Positions 1-10,269 of a stretch of DNA of 64,000 nucleotides are shown one piece after another (the stretch's first letter is position 1; each line of letters begins with the position of its first letter). A program made the translations under genes and the position numbers. The stretch covers positions 640,001-704,000 of the forward strand of contig CAWCUS010000001.1 in the NCBI GenBank assembly GCA_963798845.1, in the 5' to 3' direction. The notes below the pieces were generated by a model that was given only the letters and a program-made list of their open reading frames with translations, ran no database searches and was not told where the DNA came from. The DNA is from an uncultured Gemmatimonadales bacterium. Lineage in GTDB: Bacteria > Gemmatimonadota > Gemmatimonadetes > Longimicrobiales > RSA9.

Positions 1-543
1 GAACGCGTCCCGGAAACGGCCGAGCCGGGGATCGTCCGGCATCACCCGAAGCACGCCGGGGACCGCCAGCAGCCCGAGCGCGGCGTTGAGCCGGGGCACC
101 ACCAGCCCGGCGAACGGGTGGAAGATGCTGACGTGGTCCTTGAGCAGTGCCTGGAACGGCGTCCCCACCAGATCCTCGGGGAGGACCTGCACGGGGAACT
201 TGTCCGTGCTCCGGAAGATGAACTCACGGCCGTCCGCCGACTCGAGGTGGAGCGTCCGGCTCTGGTTGCCTCCCTGCTCGACGGGCACCAGTCCGCCGGC
301 GAAGGTGTCCAGCGCCAGGACCGGTACGCTCACCGAGCGCGTCCACTCCGCCCGCCGGTTGTCCCCGTTGAAGAAGCGACGGAACGGCCCGGCCGCGTAG
401 CCCGGTTCCGGTGCCACCACTACCGTGTCCCGCTGCGGGGAGGAGCGCGGGTCGGGCTCGAGCGCTTGCGCGCCGGCGGCAGCGGCGGCCCCGAGCGCCG
501 CGGCCCCCGCAGCGACGGGGACGAACGGGTTCCAGCCCGTCAC
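1..543 (-). CDS. N-terminal part (runs off the window) of a secreted protein resembling the metallophosphoesterase/BamA-TamA-associated family that often neighbours DUF4956
   Basis: Not in the ORF track. GTG at 543 overlaps the upstream TGA (GTGA). Translation MTGWNPFVPVAAGAAALG...GYAAGPFRRFFNGDNRRAEW...GGLVPVEQGGNQSRTLHLESADGREFIFRSTDK is open to the window edge. Confidence 0.6.
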   Translation of the reverse strand, partial: MTGWNPFVPVAAGAAALGAAAAAGAQALEPDPRSSPQRDTVVVAPEPGYAAGPFRRFFNGDNRRAEWTRSVSVPVLALDTFAGGLVPVEQGGNQSRTLHLESADGREFIFRSTDKFPVQVLPEDLVGTPFQALLKDHVSIFHPFAGLVVPRLNAALGLLAVPGVLRVMPDDPRLGRFRDAF

Positions 544-1619
544 TCGTCGTCCTCCGCGGGGTGGTACGGCACGTACTCGGCCGCGGCGACGGTGGGCGAC
601 CACCGGTCCTCCAGCTCCCCGAGAATGTCCACCGGCGTCTTCTTCTTTCGCAACCGCACCGCCGCCTCGAGCGTGTAGACGCCGTTCCGCCCGCGCGGCG
701 GCTCGCGGAAGAGCCACTCCTTGCCGATCTCGCTCAGCACCACCTCTGCGACCTGGCGGGCGGAGCGGGGCTCCGTGGTGTGGATCAGCAGGATACCGTC
801 CGTCTTCATCTGCTCCGCGAGCTCCTCCAACCGATGCCGCACTCGCTCCTGCCCCTGCCGCGTCTGGGCGATCATCATGCTCGTGTCGCCCACGGACAGC
901 AGCTCCGCGTCCTCGTCCACGTACAGCTCCAGGTCGTACTTCCAGAAGACCAGCACCATCACGGCGAAAGTGAGCGAGAGCACGAACGCGATGTCCGCCG
1001 CCTGCACTCCGCACGACAGTCCGATCGCCATCACCAGAAACACGTGCACCGCGTCCTTCGGGTCCTTCACGGTGGTCCGGAAGCGGACGGCCGCGACGAT
1101 CCCGGCAAGCCCGAACGCCAGCGCCACGCTGTTCTTCACGATCATCACCGTGCCCGTCACGACCGGCGGCAGCATGATGAGCGTGTGCACGAGCGAGCGG
1201 TCGTAGCGGAGACGACGGGCGAACGTGTAGACCCACGCGATCGGCAGCACCAGGAGCAGCGTGGCCACGATGGCCAGCGCAGTGGTGAGCACCCGCGCCG
1301 ACTCCGTCGTGGCCGGGGTCACCAGCAGGCTTCTCGGACTCACCGCCCCCGCGTCCGCCACGTTCCCGCCCAGCGGAGAAACCAGCGCTTTCTGCACGCC
1401 GGGCACGAAGTAGACGCCCAGGAGCCCGATCCCCACCAGGACGGCGTAGTAGAACAGCAGCCGGAAGATCGGGATCCTGCGGGAATGCTCGGCGTAGCGA
1501 CGACGATCCTTGTGCCGCCCCCCGCGCCGGCTCCCGGGCGGCGCCACCCCGGCGCCCTCGCCGCCGTTGCGTCGATTCTCCTCCCGCTCCGCCACGCGTT
1601 CCGCTCCTGTCCGGGCCAT
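540..1619 (-). CDS. DUF4956 family membrane protein
   Basis: Motif VKNSVALAFGLAGIVAAVRFRTTVKDPKD; several TM segments; ATG at 1619 with GAGGT upstream. Confidence 0.8.
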   Translation of the reverse strand: MARTGAERVAEREENRRNGGEGAGVAPPGSRRGGRHKDRRRYAEHSRRIPIFRLLFYYAVLVGIGLLGVYFVPGVQKALVSPLGGNVADAGAVSPRSLLVTPATTESARVLTTALAIVATLLLVLPIAWVYTFARRLRYDRSLVHTLIMLPPVVTGTVMIVKNSVALAFGLAGIVAAVRFRTTVKDPKDAVHVFLVMAIGLSCGVQAADIAFVLSLTFAVMVLVFWKYDLELYVDEDAELLSVGDTSMMIAQTRQGQERVRHRLEELAEQMKTDGILLIHTTEPRSARQVAEVVLSEIGKEWLFREPPRGRNGVYTLEAAVRLRKKKTPVDILGELEDRWSPTVAAAEYVPYHPAEDDE

Positions 1620-1665
1620 TTTCGCACCTCGAAGGGGCAAGAACCGCGCCTCTCGCGGATGCGGA

Positions 1666-1699
1666 ACGGCCCCGCCCCGCGAGCGCGGGACGGGGCCGT
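1666..1699 (-). terminator. GC-rich stem-loop downstream of susD (terminator or mRNA-stabilising hairpin)
   Basis: 15-bp stem with a 4-nt loop; the single mismatch is a G-U pair on the minus-strand RNA; no strong U tract. Confidence 0.55.
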
Positions 1700-1745
1700 C
1701 CGTGCGTCCGTCCGCGGCGGGTGCCGCGGAGCGGAACGGTTGGGG

Positions 1746-3107
1746 TCAGCTCTCGTAGCCGGGGTTCTGCGTCAGGTTCGGCGCCACGTCCAGCTCCGAC
1801 ACCGGGATCGGCCAGAGCCCCTTGTAGGGCGCCCACCGGCTCCCGAACGCCGCAGCACCCTCGCCCAGCCGGACCAGGTCGAACCACCGGTCCCCTTCGA
1901 ACGCCAGCTCCAGCCGGCGCTCCAGGTAGATGGCGTCCAGCACATCCTGCTGGCTGTTGTTCAGGTCCGCGGCCAGGTCGTACGTCGACACGCCCGCCCG
2001 CTCGCGGATCATGTTCAGGTACTCCACCGCCGTGTCCAGGTCGTTCTGCTGCGCGGCCGCTTCGGCCACGATCAGCAGGATCTCACCATAGCGGATCACG
2101 TTGAAGTCCTCGGTCCCCGTGGTGGTCGGGAACTTCACCACCTGGATGCCGTCGGGCCGCGTGCCGCTGAAGTCAGCCGCGAAGCGCTGGTCGTTGGCCT
2201 GGTCGAAGAGGTTGTAGATCTCCTCCGTCGCCCCGATCTCGAACCGGCCCGCGTACTGGTAGTAGAAGCCGTAGTTGTTGTAGTCGACCGCCGTGAAGAC
2301 GATCTTGAAGATGTCCTCGGGCGAGCCCTGGTCGGCCCAGATCGAGCCGTAGTCCGACGCCAGTCCGTAGTCACCCGAGTTCACCACGCTCATGGCGGCG
2401 GCCTGCGCCTGCGACCACTTCTGCTCGTACAGGTACGTCTTCGCGAGCAGCGCATCCGTGAAGCCCGGGGTCATGAAGGTCCGGTCGGAGTTGTCGATCC
2501 CGGCCGACATCATGAGCGATTTGGCCTGCGTCAGGTCGGACTCGACCTGGGCGTACACCTCGGCCGCCGTGGCGCGCGTCACCTGCGACGCCTCCTCCAG
2601 TGACGCGGGCGGCGTCAGCACCAGCGGCACCCCGCCGTACGCCCGCACCAGCGAGAAGTAGTTGAGCGCACGGAGCGCGTACGCCTGGCCCAGCAGCCAG
2701 TCCTGGTCGGACTGACCGATGTTGTCCAGCTCCGGCACTTTCTGAATGAGCTGGTTCACCCGGTCGATCCCGCGGTAGGCCGCGTTCCAGACCCCCTCGA
2801 TGGAGTAGTTGGCCGCCGTCGTGTTCAGCAGGTCGGCCTCGCCGAAGTTGCCGAACGTGCCGGTGTGCTCGGCGTTGTCCGACATGTTCTCCGACCACAG
2901 GACGTAGTCGCCGCCGTAGTAGTCGCCGCTCTGGAGCGCGCTGTACCCGCCCATGAGCGCCGCCGTGGCGGACTCCATGTCCTTGATCGCCACTTCGGAC
3001 GCGATGGCGTCCTGGGGCAGCACGTCCAGTGGCCCCTGGTCACACGCCGCGACGCCTGCCAGGATCAGCAGCGCGGGCGCCATTCGGAATAGTCTCTTCA
3101 TGGTCAT
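1746..3107 (-). CDS. susD: RagB/SusD family nutrient-binding outer membrane lipoprotein
   Basis: Lipobox GVAAC-D; RALNYFSLVRAYGGVPL, IRYGEILLIVAEA, ERRLELAFEGDRWFDLVR, QNPGY. Confidence 0.93.
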   Translation of the reverse strand: MTMKRLFRMAPALLILAGVAACDQGPLDVLPQDAIASEVAIKDMESATAALMGGYSALQSGDYYGGDYVLWSENMSDNAEHTGTFGNFGEADLLNTTAANYSIEGVWNAAYRGIDRVNQLIQKVPELDNIGQSDQDWLLGQAYALRALNYFSLVRAYGGVPLVLTPPASLEEASQVTRATAAEVYAQVESDLTQAKSLMMSAGIDNSDRTFMTPGFTDALLAKTYLYEQKWSQAQAAAMSVVNSGDYGLASDYGSIWADQGSPEDIFKIVFTAVDYNNYGFYYQYAGRFEIGATEEIYNLFDQANDQRFAADFSGTRPDGIQVVKFPTTTGTEDFNVIRYGEILLIVAEAAAQQNDLDTAVEYLNMIRERAGVSTYDLAADLNNSQQDVLDAIYLERRLELAFEGDRWFDLVRLGEGAAAFGSRWAPYKGLWPIPVSELDVAPNLTQNPGYES

Positions 3108-3119
3108 TTCCTTTCCGCG

Positions 3120-6100
3120 CTACCAGTTCCCCTGGAACCCGATCGTGAACGTCCGGGCCAGCGGGTAGGCGTAGAAGTCCGTGCCCAGCGCGCCGGCGCC
3201 GGCGCCCGAGCCTGCGAAGTTGTTTTCCGGAGCGTAGCCCGAGTAGTCGGTCCACGTCTTCAGGTTCTTGCCCGAGACGTAGAACCGGCCGTTGCTCGCC
3301 CGGATCAGGTTGTTGATGGCGTCGGGCACCTTCAAACCCACCGTGACCTCGCCCAGGCGCACGTACGACGCGTCCTCGAGATACCGGCTGGACTCCACCC
3401 ACGCGCCCGTGGAGCCGAACCAGCTCGGGCTCGGCGCCGTGCCGTTCGGGTTGTCCGGCGTCCAGTAGTTCTCCACGTGGACCTTGAACTTGTTGTCCAG
3501 GAAGTAGCCGCCGTCGTCGGAGTACTCGCGCATGGCGTTGAAGATCTTGGCGCCCTGGCTGAAGTCGACGAACGCCATGAGATCGAACGCGCCGAACGAG
3601 AACGTGTTCCGGATCCCGCCGTAGTAGTCCGGGTGCGGGCTGCCCACGATCATGCGGTCGTCGGAGCCCGGGAACGTGGTCCAGACGATGTCGCCGTTCG
3701 AGTCGTACTGGATGTTCCCGTCGGCGTCCAGGTCCACGTACTTCGCCACGCCCGTGGCCGCGTCGACGCCGATGTACTTGGGCGTGAAGAACACGCCCAG
3801 GGGCTGCCCCTCTTCCACCCAGTTGACGAACCCGCCCGGCGCGTAGAACGGCTCGTGGTCGTACAGCGCCTTCACCTTGTTCCGGTTGCGCGTGATGTTG
3901 AACTCGGTGGTCCACTCGAACCCGTTGGCGTGGGACCGGCGGATGTTCACCGTGTTCACGCTCAGCTCCACGCCCTTGTTCTGGATGCCGCCCACGTTGG
4001 CCAGCACGGAAGTGAAGCCGCTGGTGGCGGTCACCGGCCGGTTGAGGAGCAGATCGTTCGTGTCCTTCTGGTAGAGCTCCACGACGAAGCCGAGGCGGTC
4101 ACTGAAGAGGCTCAGATCCAGGCCGAGGTTCTTCTCGGTCGTGGTCTCCCACTTCAGGTCCGGGTTGGCCAGGTTGGTCGGCGCCGTGCCGGGGATCGAG
4201 CCGTAGTTGGCCGAACCGTAGAGGCCGAGGTACTGGAAGTTGCCGATGGCCTCGTTCCCGGTCTCGCCCCAGCTGGCACGCAGCTTCATGTCGCTGATGA
4301 AGCCCAGGCCCTGCATGAAGGGCTCGCTGCTCACCACCCACGCCGCCGACGCGGCGCGGAACACGCCGAACTTGTTGTTCTCGCCGAACCGCGACGAGCC
4401 GTCCGCGCGGATGCTGGCGTTGAGCACGTAACGGTCGTTGAACACGTAGTTCGCGCGCCCGAAGAACGACATCAGGTTGTGCGACCAGCCCGTGCCATCG
4501 TAGCCGGCCACGTCCGCACCGTTCCCGGGCCAGTTCAGGTCGGGGCTGGTGAAGCCCTCCGTCCGGACGAAGCTCTCCTCGCGCTTGTCCCGCTCCGTGG
4601 AGGCGCCCGCCGTCACCGACAGCTCGTTCACGCCGAAGTACTTGCTGCCCGTCAGGTAGCCCTCGAGCAGGTACTTGTTGCCCGACGAGTTCGCCACGCG
4701 CGACACGCCGCCCACGCCCGCCCCGTACGTCAGCGGGGTCAGCGGCGAGTTCCAGCGGTGCTCGCGCAGGTTCAGGATGTCGAACCCGGCCCGCCCCGTG
4801 GCGGTCAGCCACGGCAAGAAGGCGTAGTTGGCCGTGATGTTCCCGAAGGTCCGGTTCGTCAGGGCGTTGGTGAAGTCCTCCGTGCCCACGGCCACCGGGT
4901 TGGCGTACGACGCCGCGTCCGACCACGATCCGTCCGGGTTCTTCACCGGCACCCACGGCTCGTTGGCGATGGCGTTGGTCACCGGGCTGTCGATCGAGTT
5001 GTCCGACTCGATCCGGTCGTTGCTCTCGCGGGAAAGCGACAGCGACGTGCTGAAGCTGAGCTTGTCCGACGCCTGGAAGTCCAGGTTCGCCCGACCGGAT
5101 GCGCGGTTGTACCCCGATCCGATGATGATCCCCGTCTGGTCGAAGTACGTTCCGGAGATGTAGTACTTGAACGCCTCGGTCCCGCCGCTCACCGCCAGCT
5201 GCGTGTTGCTGATGGGGGCGGTCCGCATCACGGCGTCCTGCCAGTCCGTGTTGATGCTCGGGTCCACCCCGAACGAGTCCAGCTCATCCTGGACGTCCTG
5301 CTCGGTGTAGCCGTCGTAGCGCATCCCGTCCGAGAAGTACTGGATCCACTCTGCCGTGTTGAGCATCGGGATCTTCTTCTGCGCCTTCTGCCAGCCACCC
5401 GACAGGTTCACCGTCACCTGGGGACGGCCCGCCGTCTGGACGCCCCGCTTGGTCGTGATCATGATCACGCCGTTCGAGCCGCGGGAGCCGTAGATCGCTG
5501 CCGCGGCCGCGTCCTTCAGGATGTCGATGGAATCGATGTCATCCGGGTTCAGCCCCGTGATGGACGACAGGTCCTGGCCGCCCAGCCCCAGCTGGCCGAA
5601 GTCCTCGCGGAAGATCGGCACCCCGTCCACCACGTACAGCGGCTGGTTGCCCGCCGAGATCGAAGAGCTGCCCCGCACGCGCACCGTGATGCCGTTGCCG
5701 GGATTGCCGGCGTTCTGGATCACCTGCACGCCCGCGGCCTTCCCCTGCAGCGCCGCGTCCAGGCTCGCCACCACCCGGTTCTGGACGTCCTGCGTCTGGA
5801 CCGTGCTGATGGCGCTGCTCACCTCCCGGCGCGTCTGCTGTGCGTAGCCGGTGGCGACCAGCTCCTCCAGCTCGATCGCGGTCACCCCCAGCTGGAAGTC
5901 CTCGGTGGCCGTCCCGCCCGCGGGAACGGTGATCGTGCGCGCCTGGGCGGAGTACCCGATGTACTCCACGCGCACTTCCGCCCGCCCGCTCGGCACCCTC
6001 GTCAGAAGGTACCGTCCGTCGTTGTTCGTGATCGTCCCGATTCCTGTGCCTCGGATCATCACCTGCGCGCCGGAGATCGCCTCTCCGGTCTGCGCATCGG

Positions 6101-6215
6101 TGACGATGCCACGGATCGACCCGGGCTCCTGCGCCGCAAGGCTCCGTGGAGCGCCGAACGCGGTCAGCAGAAATGCTGCCGCCAGCGACGCGAAGGCTGC
6201 GCACGATGTTTTCAT
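3120..6215 (-). CDS. susC: SusC/RagA family TonB-dependent outer membrane transporter
   Basis: N-terminal CarboxypepD_reg-like domain; plug PLYVVDGVP...ILKDAAAAAIYGSRGSNGVIMITTKRG; NPDLKWETT; C-terminal aromatic residue. ATG 6215 has a CAGGAGG SD. Confidence 0.95.
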   Translation of the reverse strand: MKTSCAAFASLAAAFLLTAFGAPRSLAAQEPGSIRGIVTDAQTGEAISGAQVMIRGTGIGTITNNDGRYLLTRVPSGRAEVRVEYIGYSAQARTITVPAGGTATEDFQLGVTAIELEELVATGYAQQTRREVSSAISTVQTQDVQNRVVASLDAALQGKAAGVQVIQNAGNPGNGITVRVRGSSSISAGNQPLYVVDGVPIFREDFGQLGLGGQDLSSITGLNPDDIDSIDILKDAAAAAIYGSRGSNGVIMITTKRGVQTAGRPQVTVNLSGGWQKAQKKIPMLNTAEWIQYFSDGMRYDGYTEQDVQDELDSFGVDPSINTDWQDAVMRTAPISNTQLAVSGGTEAFKYYISGTYFDQTGIIIGSGYNRASGRANLDFQASDKLSFSTSLSLSRESNDRIESDNSIDSPVTNAIANEPWVPVKNPDGSWSDAASYANPVAVGTEDFTNALTNRTFGNITANYAFLPWLTATGRAGFDILNLREHRWNSPLTPLTYGAGVGGVSRVANSSGNKYLLEGYLTGSKYFGVNELSVTAGASTERDKREESFVRTEGFTSPDLNWPGNGADVAGYDGTGWSHNLMSFFGRANYVFNDRYVLNASIRADGSSRFGENNKFGVFRAASAAWVVSSEPFMQGLGFISDMKLRASWGETGNEAIGNFQYLGLYGSANYGSIPGTAPTNLANPDLKWETTTEKNLGLDLSLFSDRLGFVVELYQKDTNDLLLNRPVTATSGFTSVLANVGGIQNKGVELSVNTVNIRRSHANGFEWTTEFNITRNRNKVKALYDHEPFYAPGGFVNWVEEGQPLGVFFTPKYIGVDAATGVAKYVDLDADGNIQYDSNGDIVWTTFPGSDDRMIVGSPHPDYYGGIRNTFSFGAFDLMAFVDFSQGAKIFNAMREYSDDGGYFLDNKFKVHVENYWTPDNPNGTAPSPSWFGSTGAWVESSRYLEDASYVRLGEVTVGLKVPDAINNLIRASNGRFYVSGKNLKTWTDYSGYAPENNFAGSGAGAGALGTDFYAYPLARTFTIGFQGNW

Positions 6216-6278
6216 GCGGAGTGCCTCCTGGGTGGTTTTGTGGAAGATAGGGTGCGATGCGGATAGGGCATCGTCCGC

Positions 6279-6308
6279 AAGGTACTTGTACATGAGGAAC
6301 GCTGTCAA
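6279..6308 (-). promoter_or_regulatory. Putative sigma70-type promoter of susC locus 1
   Basis: Minus strand TTGACA (6308-6303), 18 nt, TACCTT (6284-6279) in an AT-richer intergenic patch. Confidence 0.6.
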
Positions 6309-6453
6309 ATACCGACTTGTGACGCTTCCGCGCGCCACCGCGACAGGGCTGCCGGCCGGAGCCCGTCACACGATCCGCGCCGACCGCCTTGCCCCGCGGG
6401 CTCCGGCCGCCCAGCTTCCTCCCCTCCTGCGACCCTGACTCCGGTACCCCTCG

Positions 6454-7608
6454 TTGACGGTGCTCCTCTTCCTCCTCGGCCTCGTCCTCCTCGTGGCCGG
6501 CGCCGAGCTGCTGGTCCGCGGCGCTTCCGGCCTCGCCGCCGTGGCCGGCGTCGCCCCGCTCGTGGTGGGGCTCACCGTCGTCGCCTTCGGCACGAGCGCA
6601 CCCGAGCTCGCCGTCACCCTCGCCGCCACCTTCCGCGGCGAGCCGGACCTCGCCCTCGGGAACGTGGTCGGGAGCAACATCGCCAACATCCTGCTGATCC
6701 TGGGGCTGTCCGCGCTGGTGGCCCCGCTGGTGGTTCAGCGCAGCCTGGTGCGGGTGGAGGTTCCGCTCATGGTCGGCGTGTCGCTGGCCACCTTCCTCAT
6801 GGGTGCGAACGGCCACGTCGGCCGCATCGAAGGGCTGCTGCTCCTGCTCGCGGGCGTGACGTACACGACCGTCCTCATCCGGCAGGCCGTGGGCGCGGCG
6901 GAGCGGCCCTCGGCGAGCCGGAGCCCGGCCCGGGTAGTGGCGGGGAGTGCCATCCCCGGGTCCGGATCGGCACCCGTGGCGTCTCGCGACCCCGGCCATC
7001 CGCGCGGCATCGGACGCGGAGGGAGGCCGCCCGTCCGCCGTATGATGGCCGCGAACGTGGCCCTGGTGGTGGGCGGTCTCGGACTGCTGGTCCTCGGCTC
7101 GCACTGGCTGGTGGACAGCGCGCGCGCGTTCGCGGCGGCGCTCGGGGTCTCGGAGCTCGTCATCGGGCTCACCATCGTCGCCGTGGGCACGTCGCTCCCC
7201 GAGCTGGCGACCTCGCTGGTGGCCGCCCTCCGCGGCGCCCGCGACATCGCGGTCGGCAACATCGTGGGCAGCAACCTCTTCAACCTCCTCTTCATCCTGG
7301 GAGCGGCGGCGGCGCTGTCGCCAGCGGGGGTGCCCGTGCCGCGGGCGGCGCGCGGGTTCGACCTGCCCGTGATGGTCGTGGTGGCGCTGGCCTGCCTCCC
7401 CATCTTCTTCACGGGCCACCGGATCGGGCGACGGGAAGGGGCGCTCTTCCTCGGCTATTTCGTGGCGTACGTGGCTTACGTGCTGCTGGCCGCGCGCAGC
7501 CATGAAGCGCTGGCGCCGCTGCGCATGGCCATGATCTTCTTCGCGCTCCCGCTGACCGCGGTCACGCTCGCGCTGGTGGTGCTGCGGGAGCTGCGGTTCA
7601 GGGACTGA
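6454..7608 (+). CDS. Calcium/sodium antiporter (YrbG-like, CaCA family)
   Basis: Two alpha repeats: GTSAPE...GNVVGSNIANI and GTSLPE...GNIVGSNLFN. Confidence 0.92.
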   Translation: MTVLLFLLGLVLLVAGAELLVRGASGLAAVAGVAPLVVGLTVVAFGTSAPELAVTLAATFRGEPDLALGNVVGSNIANILLILGLSALVAPLVVQRSLVRVEVPLMVGVSLATFLMGANGHVGRIEGLLLLLAGVTYTTVLIRQAVGAAERPSASRSPARVVAGSAIPGSGSAPVASRDPGHPRGIGRGGRPPVRRMMAANVALVVGGLGLLVLGSHWLVDSARAFAAALGVSELVIGLTIVAVGTSLPELATSLVAALRGARDIAVGNIVGSNLFNLLFILGAAAALSPAGVPVPRAARGFDLPVMVVVALACLPIFFTGHRIGRREGALFLGYFVAYVAYVLLAARSHEALAPLRMAMIFFALPLTAVTLALVVLRELRFRD

Positions 7609-7612
7609 TGCG

Positions 7613-7948
7613 TTATTCGGGGACCACGCGGATATGGCGGGCGAGCTCCCGGTCCAGCGCCAGCTCCGTCCGCCCGAGCCGCACCACGTAGGCGGGAAAC
7701 CTCTGCACCAGGTGCAGCCGGACGCCGGGAAGGATGCCCAGCCCGGCCAGCTTCCCCGCGGCCGACGTCCACGGCTCCTCGAGGCAGCTCACGGCGCCCA
7801 CGGCCCCGGGGCGCAGCGTGTCGAGGCGCACCGAGTGGCAGTCCACTCCGTGGCACCCCCCGGTCTCCGGCACCGGAGCGCCGGCGCGGCAGGCGTCCTT
7901 CCAGGGGGTGCCGCCCAGCAGCGACGTCAGGCGCTCCACGAATGTCAT
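7613..7948 (-). CDS. feoA: FeoA family protein with an N-terminal Cys/His-containing extension
   Basis: KLAGLGILPGVRLHLVQRFPAYVVRLGRTELALDRELARHIRV; ATG 7948 overlaps the upstream stop (ATGA). Confidence 0.85.
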   Translation of the reverse strand: MTFVERLTSLLGGTPWKDACRAGAPVPETGGCHGVDCHSVRLDTLRPGAVGAVSCLEEPWTSAAGKLAGLGILPGVRLHLVQRFPAYVVRLGRTELALDRELARHIRVVPE

Positions 7949-8160
7949 CGATCCATCCACTTCCTGAGGGCCGCGATCCACTTCGGAGGCCGCGGGTTCT
8001 CGTATCCGCACGCCGGGCACCGCATCAGCCCGCACGCCTGCTTGATCGGGCACGCCTGGCACGTGGCCTGGCTCGGATCTTCCACGAACTCGTGGCCGCA
8101 GAAGCCGCACTTCACCACGACCGGCTCGTGCTCCTTCACGCCCGACGCCGGCGCTACCAT
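7945..8160 (-). CDS. Small Cys-rich (7 Cys) metal-binding protein in the feo operon
   Basis: CGFC...CQACPIKQACGLMRCPACGY; overlaps both the feoB stop and the feoA start. Confidence 0.75.
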   Translation of the reverse strand: MVAPASGVKEHEPVVVKCGFCGHEFVEDPSQATCQACPIKQACGLMRCPACGYENPRPPKWIAALRKWMDR

Positions 8161-10244
8161 CCCAGCCCCCGCAGCACCACGTTCAGCGCCGCCCCGACGC
8201 CGAACGCGAATGGGACGGTGAACGCCAGGATCGCCAGCGCCGTCTTCACTCCGCGCTCCTTCAGCATCATGAGGAACTGCGCCACGCAGGGCACGAACAG
8301 TGTCAGCGTCACGGCCGACACCGTGAGCTGGACGGGCGAGAGCAGACCTTCCTGGTTCAGGTCGAACAGCCCCGCCGCTCCGTAGTCACGCCGGAAGAAG
8401 CCGAACAGGAACGCCTGCGCGGCCTCGTCCGGCAGCCCCAGCCACCCCATGACCGGCCGGAGCCCGTGGACCGCCGCCTGGAGACCCCCCGTCAGGTCCC
8501 CCACCCACAGGATCACGCTGGCGAAGAGGAAGAGCGGCAGCACCTCCATGAAGTACCACTGCATCCGGGACGCCGTCTTCGTCAGCACGTTCGAAACGGT
8601 GGGCATGCGTAGAGGGGGCAGCTCCATGTGAAACGTGGGCTGCTCCCCCGGCAGCACCTTCGACGCCAGCCAGCCCACCAGCAGGAACACGCCTCCGAGC
8701 ACCAGGATCAGCACCGCGAGCGATGCGCCGTTGCCTGCGAGAATCGCGATCAGCACGCCGAGCTGCGCGGAGCACGGGATGGCCACCGCCAGGAGGAGCG
8801 TCGCCAGCAGGCGCTCGCGGCGGGTCTCCAGCGTGCGCGTGACCATGGTCGCCATGGTGTCGCATGCGAACCCCAGCACCATCGGGATCACCGCGCGGCC
8901 GCTCAGCCCGATCTTCTTGAACAGCCGGTCCACCAGCAGCGCCAGACGCGGAAAATACCCGCTGTCCTCCAGCACGCTGAAAAAGAGGAAGAACGTGCCC
9001 ACGATCGGCAGGATGATCGCGACCGCGTAGCGCACGCCGAGGGTGAGGACGCCGTAGTCGCCGACGAACAGGTGGCGCAGCCACAGCCACGGGACCAGCA
9101 CCGCGAACACCCGCTCGAGCACCGGGTTCAGACCGTGCTCGAACACCGTGGTCTCCAGCCAGTCCACGACGGTTCCCGCCCCGAACACGCCCACGAACTC
9201 GTACAGGCCGAAGTACAGCACCAGGAAGAGCACGGGCACGCCCACCAGCGGCCGGGTCAGTGCCGATCCGAGCCACTTCCGAACGCCGCCCCGGCCATCC
9301 CCGTCCGCAGGGCCGCGCACCACCCCTTCCAGAACCCGCTCCGCCGCACGGTGACGCTCGTACGCCAGCCGGTAGACCGCCGTGTCGGCGAAGTCCGCGG
9401 TCGCCTCCTCCAGCTCCGCCACCGCCGCCTCGCCCCCATCCGGCTCCAGCGCGGCAACCCGCTCCGCCGCCTCCGCGTCCCCCTGGATCAACAGAGCCGC
9501 GAACGCCGCCGCGTCCACCGGATACACGTCGCTCAGTCGGCCCCGCACCCGCTCCAGAGCCGCGCCAACCCCGTTCTCGTACGACGGACGACCCGGGCAC
9601 GGCGACGCCGGAGCCCGCAGCACCGCCGCCTCCAGGTCCTTCATCCCCCGACCCTTCACCGCCGCGATCGGCACCACCTCCACCCCCAGCCGCGCCGCCA
9701 GCAACCGGTGGTCGACTGTGAGCCCCAGCGAGTCCGCCTCGTCCATCATGTTCACGGCCAGCACCAGCGGTCGCTCCAGCTCCAGCAGCTGCAGCGTCAG
9801 CGGCAGTGCACGCTCCAGCGTCTTCGCGTCCGCCACGTGCACCAGCACGTCCGCTTCCCCGTCCAGCACCACCCAGCGCGCCACTCGCTCCTCTTCCGTC
9901 GTCGGCATGAGCGAGTACAGACCGGGCGTGTCCACCACCTCCACCACCCGACCGCCGAACCGGCCGTGCCCCCGGTCCACCCCCACCGATGTACCGGGGT
10001 AGTTCGAAACCGTCACGTACGCGCCCGTCAGCCGGTTGAACAGCGAGCTCTTCCCGACGTTCGGCGCTCCCACCAGCGCGACCTTCAGCTCCGCTTCCCC
10101 GGCTTCCCCCCGCGAGCCGCCACCGTGGCAGCCACACCCCTCGCCGCCCGGCACCACGCCGGAGGCCGCGCCGGTGGCCGCGCCGCCCGCACCACCGGCT
10201 CGCCCGCCCCGCTTCCGATCCGTCGTGTCCGTCGGCATCAACAT
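8154..10244 (-). CDS. feoB: Ferrous iron transport protein B
   Basis: G1 GAPNVGKS, G2 NYPGTS, G3 DTPG, G4 NMMD; membrane part LEDSGY, IPCSAQLG, FVPCVA. Start uncertain (10238-10250). Confidence 0.95.
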   Translation of the reverse strand: MLMPTDTTDRKRGGRAGGAGGAATGAASGVVPGGEGCGCHGGGSRGEAGEAELKVALVGAPNVGKSSLFNRLTGAYVTVSNYPGTSVGVDRGHGRFGGRVVEVVDTPGLYSLMPTTEEERVARWVVLDGEADVLVHVADAKTLERALPLTLQLLELERPLVLAVNMMDEADSLGLTVDHRLLAARLGVEVVPIAAVKGRGMKDLEAAVLRAPASPCPGRPSYENGVGAALERVRGRLSDVYPVDAAAFAALLIQGDAEAAERVAALEPDGGEAAVAELEEATADFADTAVYRLAYERHRAAERVLEGVVRGPADGDGRGGVRKWLGSALTRPLVGVPVLFLVLYFGLYEFVGVFGAGTVVDWLETTVFEHGLNPVLERVFAVLVPWLWLRHLFVGDYGVLTLGVRYAVAIILPIVGTFFLFFSVLEDSGYFPRLALLVDRLFKKIGLSGRAVIPMVLGFACDTMATMVTRTLETRRERLLATLLLAVAIPCSAQLGVLIAILAGNGASLAVLILVLGGVFLLVGWLASKVLPGEQPTFHMELPPLRMPTVSNVLTKTASRMQWYFMEVLPLFLFASVILWVGDLTGGLQAAVHGLRPVMGWLGLPDEAAQAFLFGFFRRDYGAAGLFDLNQEGLLSPVQLTVSAVTLTLFVPCVAQFLMMLKERGVKTALAILAFTVPFAFGVGAALNVVLRGLGW

Positions 10245-10269
10245 CCGCACCCCGTGGCCGCACCGCTCA

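Noticed and set aside
411..6266. Long antisense ORFs (411..2603, 3477..6266; likewise 27529..30480, 24401..26467, 36114..38861, 50038..52092)
   Set aside because: Shadow frames of well-supported genes in very high-GC DNA; Arg/Gly/Pro-rich with no motifs.
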